Shown here in pieces: positions 60,067 through 64,000 of a stretch of 64,000 bases of DNA. The DNA lies in contig NW_027192206.1 in assembly GCF_041956535.1 (NCBI RefSeq), positions 523,488 through 587,487 of the forward strand. Direction: 5' to 3'. Each line of letters opens with the position of its first letter. The stretch's first letter is position 1. The notes under the pieces were generated by a model. It ran no database searches. It worked only from the letters and a program-made list of their open reading frames with translations, and was not told where the DNA came from. Made by a program: the position numbers and the translations under genes. This stretch comes from Calcarisporiella thermophila CBS 279.70. Its lineage: Eukaryota; Fungi; Calcarisporiellomycota.

Positions 60067-63000
60067 CTATTTTTGATTCTCCATCCAGTAGATTCTTTTG
60101 ACGTCGGCCATCTCCTCTTCCACCATGGCCACTACCTCACGCATCTGGACCTCGGCCTCTCTGACGAGGCGCGTGAGCCCCACCACCTGCTCCTCAATGC
60201 CGAGCAACCGCGCCTCTTCTCGCGTTGGCACCGGCTTGGCAGACATCGAAGAGGTGTAGTGAGGAACGCTGGGCGCGGCACGCGAATTGAGCCGTTGGGA
60301 GAGATCCCGAAGCTGCCAAAAGACGAGCAGGTCGGCCACGACCATGAAGATCAGTGCGATCCAAACGAAGGCTTGAGCGTAATGGCGCATATGAATCACC
60401 ACGGCCCATGCCTGTTTCACAGCGCACCCCACCCGATACACGAGCGAGTGCTCCACATTGGGCTGGCGACGGCTCTCCAGGTTCGCGGTGGCCGATTTCT
60501 CGGCTCGATCGCCAGTTCGTTTGGGCTTCCTGCCCTTCTGGCGTTTCTTCTCTCCCTCCTTCCGACTCGGCCGCCTGCTTTTGTCCTTCAGGGCGGCGCC
60601 CTCAAACTCTGACGGGTGCTGCCGGATATACTCGTGCATTTTCTTCGCCAGATTTTCATAGTAGGTCTTTTGCCCATCGGCTGTGCCTCGCTCGATGGCC
60701 CCCTTCAGCCAGGAGCTCTTCGTGAACTCCACTGCGGTGGTCACGATCACACGCGACTGTCCACTCCCGGCCCACATGATGCAGGTGCGCGTCTTGGTGA
60801 CGAACGCGTTGCCGGAGGGAACATCTGGGGTAGTGGCCGTGGATAACACCGTCACCGCTTGGTTGAAATCCTTGGTAACTACCTCGTCCGTCACAAAGCA
60901 CCGCGTGCCACGCGGCCCGATCGGATTGCTTAACTGCTTGTAATGCGAGACCTTTCGTGTCTCGGTCCCGTTTACCACCTGCCATTCACCAAACTCGACC
61001 TCTAAAACGGACGAAACGTGTAAAATGATCAGTTAAAAAAATTCAGGACTATGAAAATCCACGTTTGCTGTTGCAAGCATCAGTCCACTCGACTACTCAC
61101 CTTTGCTCTTCTCCTCATTGATAAAAATGTTTTTCACAAATGGCCCCACAAACAACAAACGCCAGGCCTCCTCTACGCTCACAGGGAACACCTCATCCAA
61201 TACCTTGTTTGTGTAGTGGGCATTATTATTCTCACACTGGCACACGGTCGGCCTACGCTGCTTTGGGGGGGTCGCTGTCTCGAAGGACGTGGCCTTTTCT
61301 ACGGGCATCGTCAATGCACGCCCAGTAAGACGCTCACTCTCCTCTGATTTGCCTTCGGAGGGAGCAGACGTGTTCGAAATAGATGGAGGATGATTGCTCG
61401 CTTTCTCCAGGATATTACCGCTGAAGGGCGGTTGCCTCGCCGAGGCTATTTCGCGCAAAAATGGCCGAGTTGCGTCCGATTGTGAGCGCCGGCGATTCCC
61501 TGCCAGGTTGCTGTTGCCTCCGGTACCCGAGTCGCCCTCCGCAGGTGCACGGCCACCTGTATCGGAAATGGAACGGTGTCGCCCCGCCTTTTCCGCTTTT
61601 AGGTGGTCGTCTTGCTCTTGAACTTGCTCCTGGTCCAGGCCCTGGTCCAGACGATCTTGGAAGCCTTGGGGATATGCGTTGAGGACGGTTGCAGCCACTA
61701 GGCTCCCCACGGGGGAGTTACGTCTTGCCCCTGTGCTTGCAGGCTTAAGCCCTACGCAGAACAAAAACATAAGAAAAGGGATGAATATGGTGGATACTGA
61801 GTGCACTTCAGCGGGAGGGGTGGCATTACCTGAGAAAACCTTGAAGAGAGAAGAGTCATTCGACAGGGCCTGCTTCGTCCATTTCTTGAAGTTGCTCTCG
61901 GAGCCCAGACTATCCTCATCCGAACCCGAAGTAGTGACCCCTGCACCCCCAGAAGAGCCGCCACATACCGTCATATCGTTGGAAGATTGGAAACACTCTC
62001 CACTAGCGGTGCGCGAAAGCACGTTTGGAAGGCTACGACGCCGTTGAAAATTGATGCGTGGGGTTGGATTTTCTAATTGCTCTGCGTGTGCTTCACCATC
62101 CTCATTCCAGTCGTCGGATGGATCTTCCTCCTCGTCTTCCTCGTCCTCGTCCTCCTCTTCTTCATCATCACTGCAATACGATTCCTGATCCTCCGAGAGC
62201 TCTTCGTCATAGCTTTCATCTTCTTCATCGCTATATTCCCTTCTCGATTTGCGCGAACGATTGTGCCGATCCTGGTGATGGTGACCAAGCTCTATATCCG
62301 AAGTGTTTTGTACTGCACTCAGCACGCGCGCCATTACATGCGGCTGCGAAGCACGCCACACAGTAACCATGCAGTTGTAGGCCGAGTCTCGTGAGAGAAA
62401 CGAGGCGAAAGTGTACTATCCATTGCACGTCAATATGAAACCCCCAATCAGTAAAAAAGAGTTAAGAATGCGCGGGCTTACCTTTTTATGAAAGGTGGAA
62501 ATTTGGATGGCGTTAGGGATGACTAGAGCAGTCATCTTCTTCTCTATATTGACAATGTCTTGCAGACCAATGACCAGCTTTGTCATGATGAGAAATCAAA
62601 CCCATTAGATAATGTCTCGAGCCGATCTTAAAGCATTTCAAACAATGCTTACCGTGGTGACCCATCCAAATATGTTTGCATTGAAGCATATATGCCCTTC
62701 AGAAATGAATAACCGGCCCTGGACGAGAATCTCCTTTTGCAAAGCGCATGAATACTCTGCAGAAGAGGGAGAAATCAGCTGTGAAAAGAAAGGGGGAAGA
62801 GCAGCTCGCAAGTAATTTACCATCCACCAGTCTGTCTTCCTCAGGGACACTTCGGAACATGACATGGAACTCGTCGTTTCTCTGCTCGCTTGCCATCTTT
62901 AATCCAGCCGCTCCCACCGAACTCCCAAAGCTTCCCGAGTAGCTCTGGGATTCGCTGCGCTCACTTCCGGACTCGTGCCCATTTTCTACCGGGCGACGTT

Positions 63001-63250
63001 CTCTCCGCTTTGCTTTGCTGGAGACCGACGAGTTGAGATCGGCGGAGGGGGCCGAGGTGGTCGTCACACTGGCCGTGGAGAGTTGGGAAGTCGGGGCCCC
63101 AGTCTGTGAGGAGACTAGCGAGTTAGAGGGAGATGATGATGACAACGGGAGAGACTGGCTGGGGCGGGTTGAGAGGGGAGTGGGGGCTTCGACGGTGAGG
63201 GCAGGGGTATCGAGGGATGAGGTATTGATGTTGAAGGTTGCTGCTCTCAT
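60067..63250 (-). CDS. GRAM + VASt/StART-like sterol transfer protein (Lam/Ltc/Ysp2 family); true start may lie upstream
   Basis: RNDEFHVMFRSVPEEDRL; YSCALQKEILVQGRLFISEGHICFNANIFGWVT; EKKMTALVIPNAIQI; TPDVPSGNAFVTKTR; KSSWLKGAIE; C-terminal TM helix and coiled coil. Confidence 0.9.
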
Positions 63251-64000
63251 TTTCGAAGACGCTCCTTGTTCTTTCGGTCTAGATGGAGAAACAAAAAAGG
63301 GAAAAGGAGGCGGGTGAATATTTACATAAAAAAGCGATCAGAATGGGTAGAAACAAGGAGTAGATGATTTGGAAGAGGCCGGCACAGCAGTTAAAAAAGA
63401 GGCTCTCCGTGTGGGCGAAAAGTCAAAAAAATGGAAAAATGGCTAAGTACCCGCCTACCTTTTAAAAAACAACGGCATTCTGAAACACAGTCTCAAATCT
63501 ATCTACGACTTGGGGGTGATCGGGCTCTTTCATTGGTCGCCCAGAGGCAATTGCCCATGTGCACAAAGCCGCTCTAGGCCGAATGGAAATCCCGATTTGA
63601 GAAACTAAGGAGCGGAGGGGAATAAGAAAGGGGGAGGGGGCGCTCTTATAGTCCTCGGATCCAAGACAAATTCAATTAGGCGATGGGCCCGTCGCTTTAT
63701 AAGCAATTTTAACCGAGGAGAGGGGCTCCACTTTTCATACAAGCTTATGAATGAATTCAGGAGAAAATGCAAAGAAGCAAGGACAAGAGATTTTTCCATA
63801 AGCAAAGCGGTTCATGTTGGTTTCTGTGAGTAGATTTTTCCATTGAAAGACCAAGTCGGCGGGGTATTATTTTCCTGGGTCTTACAAGCTGACCCCTTCC
63901 GAACACACCAATCCCTAAGAGCTCAGCCCGATGCATCCTCGGGCTGACTTTCACCGTTGAACTCCCTCGCTCTCTCGCTTACTCGAAGCGCTTGCGGCAT

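Overview
Eukaryotic, intron-rich fungal DNA (short GT-AG introns with CTAAC-type branch points; velvet, PalB/calpain-7, Kelch-TM and Crinkler-like genes suggest an early-diverging lineage such as Mucoromycota or Zoopagomycota, by inference). About 1-42 kb and 54-64 kb are ordinary gene-dense sequence: URI1/Bud27-like prefoldin, DRS1/DDX27 helicase, PalB/calpain-7, NSRP1-like, a divergent formate dehydrogenase homologue, an atypical G-alpha, a Kelch-TM protein, two identical tRNA-Lys(UUU), a small secreted 8-Cys protein, a cAMP-receptor-like GPCR, a DAL5-family MFS transporter, RPL20, Rab8/Sec4, KIN17, a velvet protein, a Ser/Thr kinase, a homeobox gene, a RING-TRAF-WD40 (TRAF7-like) gene and a GRAM-VASt (Lam/Ysp2-like) gene. 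About 42.6-53.5 kb is an AT-richer accessory island of mostly broken conflict genes: a CRN-like NTPase/nuclease pseudogene, a Ty3/gypsy gag-protease relic, and two NLR-like TPR relics. It also holds the two best candidates for new biology. One is an intact, intronless 194-aa ORF with bunyavirus-nucleocapsid-like motifs next to the gag relic. The other is a ~330-bp-arm fold-back made of two different gypsy integrase copies joined at the same homologous point, a possible hairpin-RNA silencing trigger. Other notable items are a G-alpha lacking the catalytic Gln (DVGGH) and an FDH homologue with two active-site residues changed to His. All assignments come from motif recognition by eye; no searches were run.
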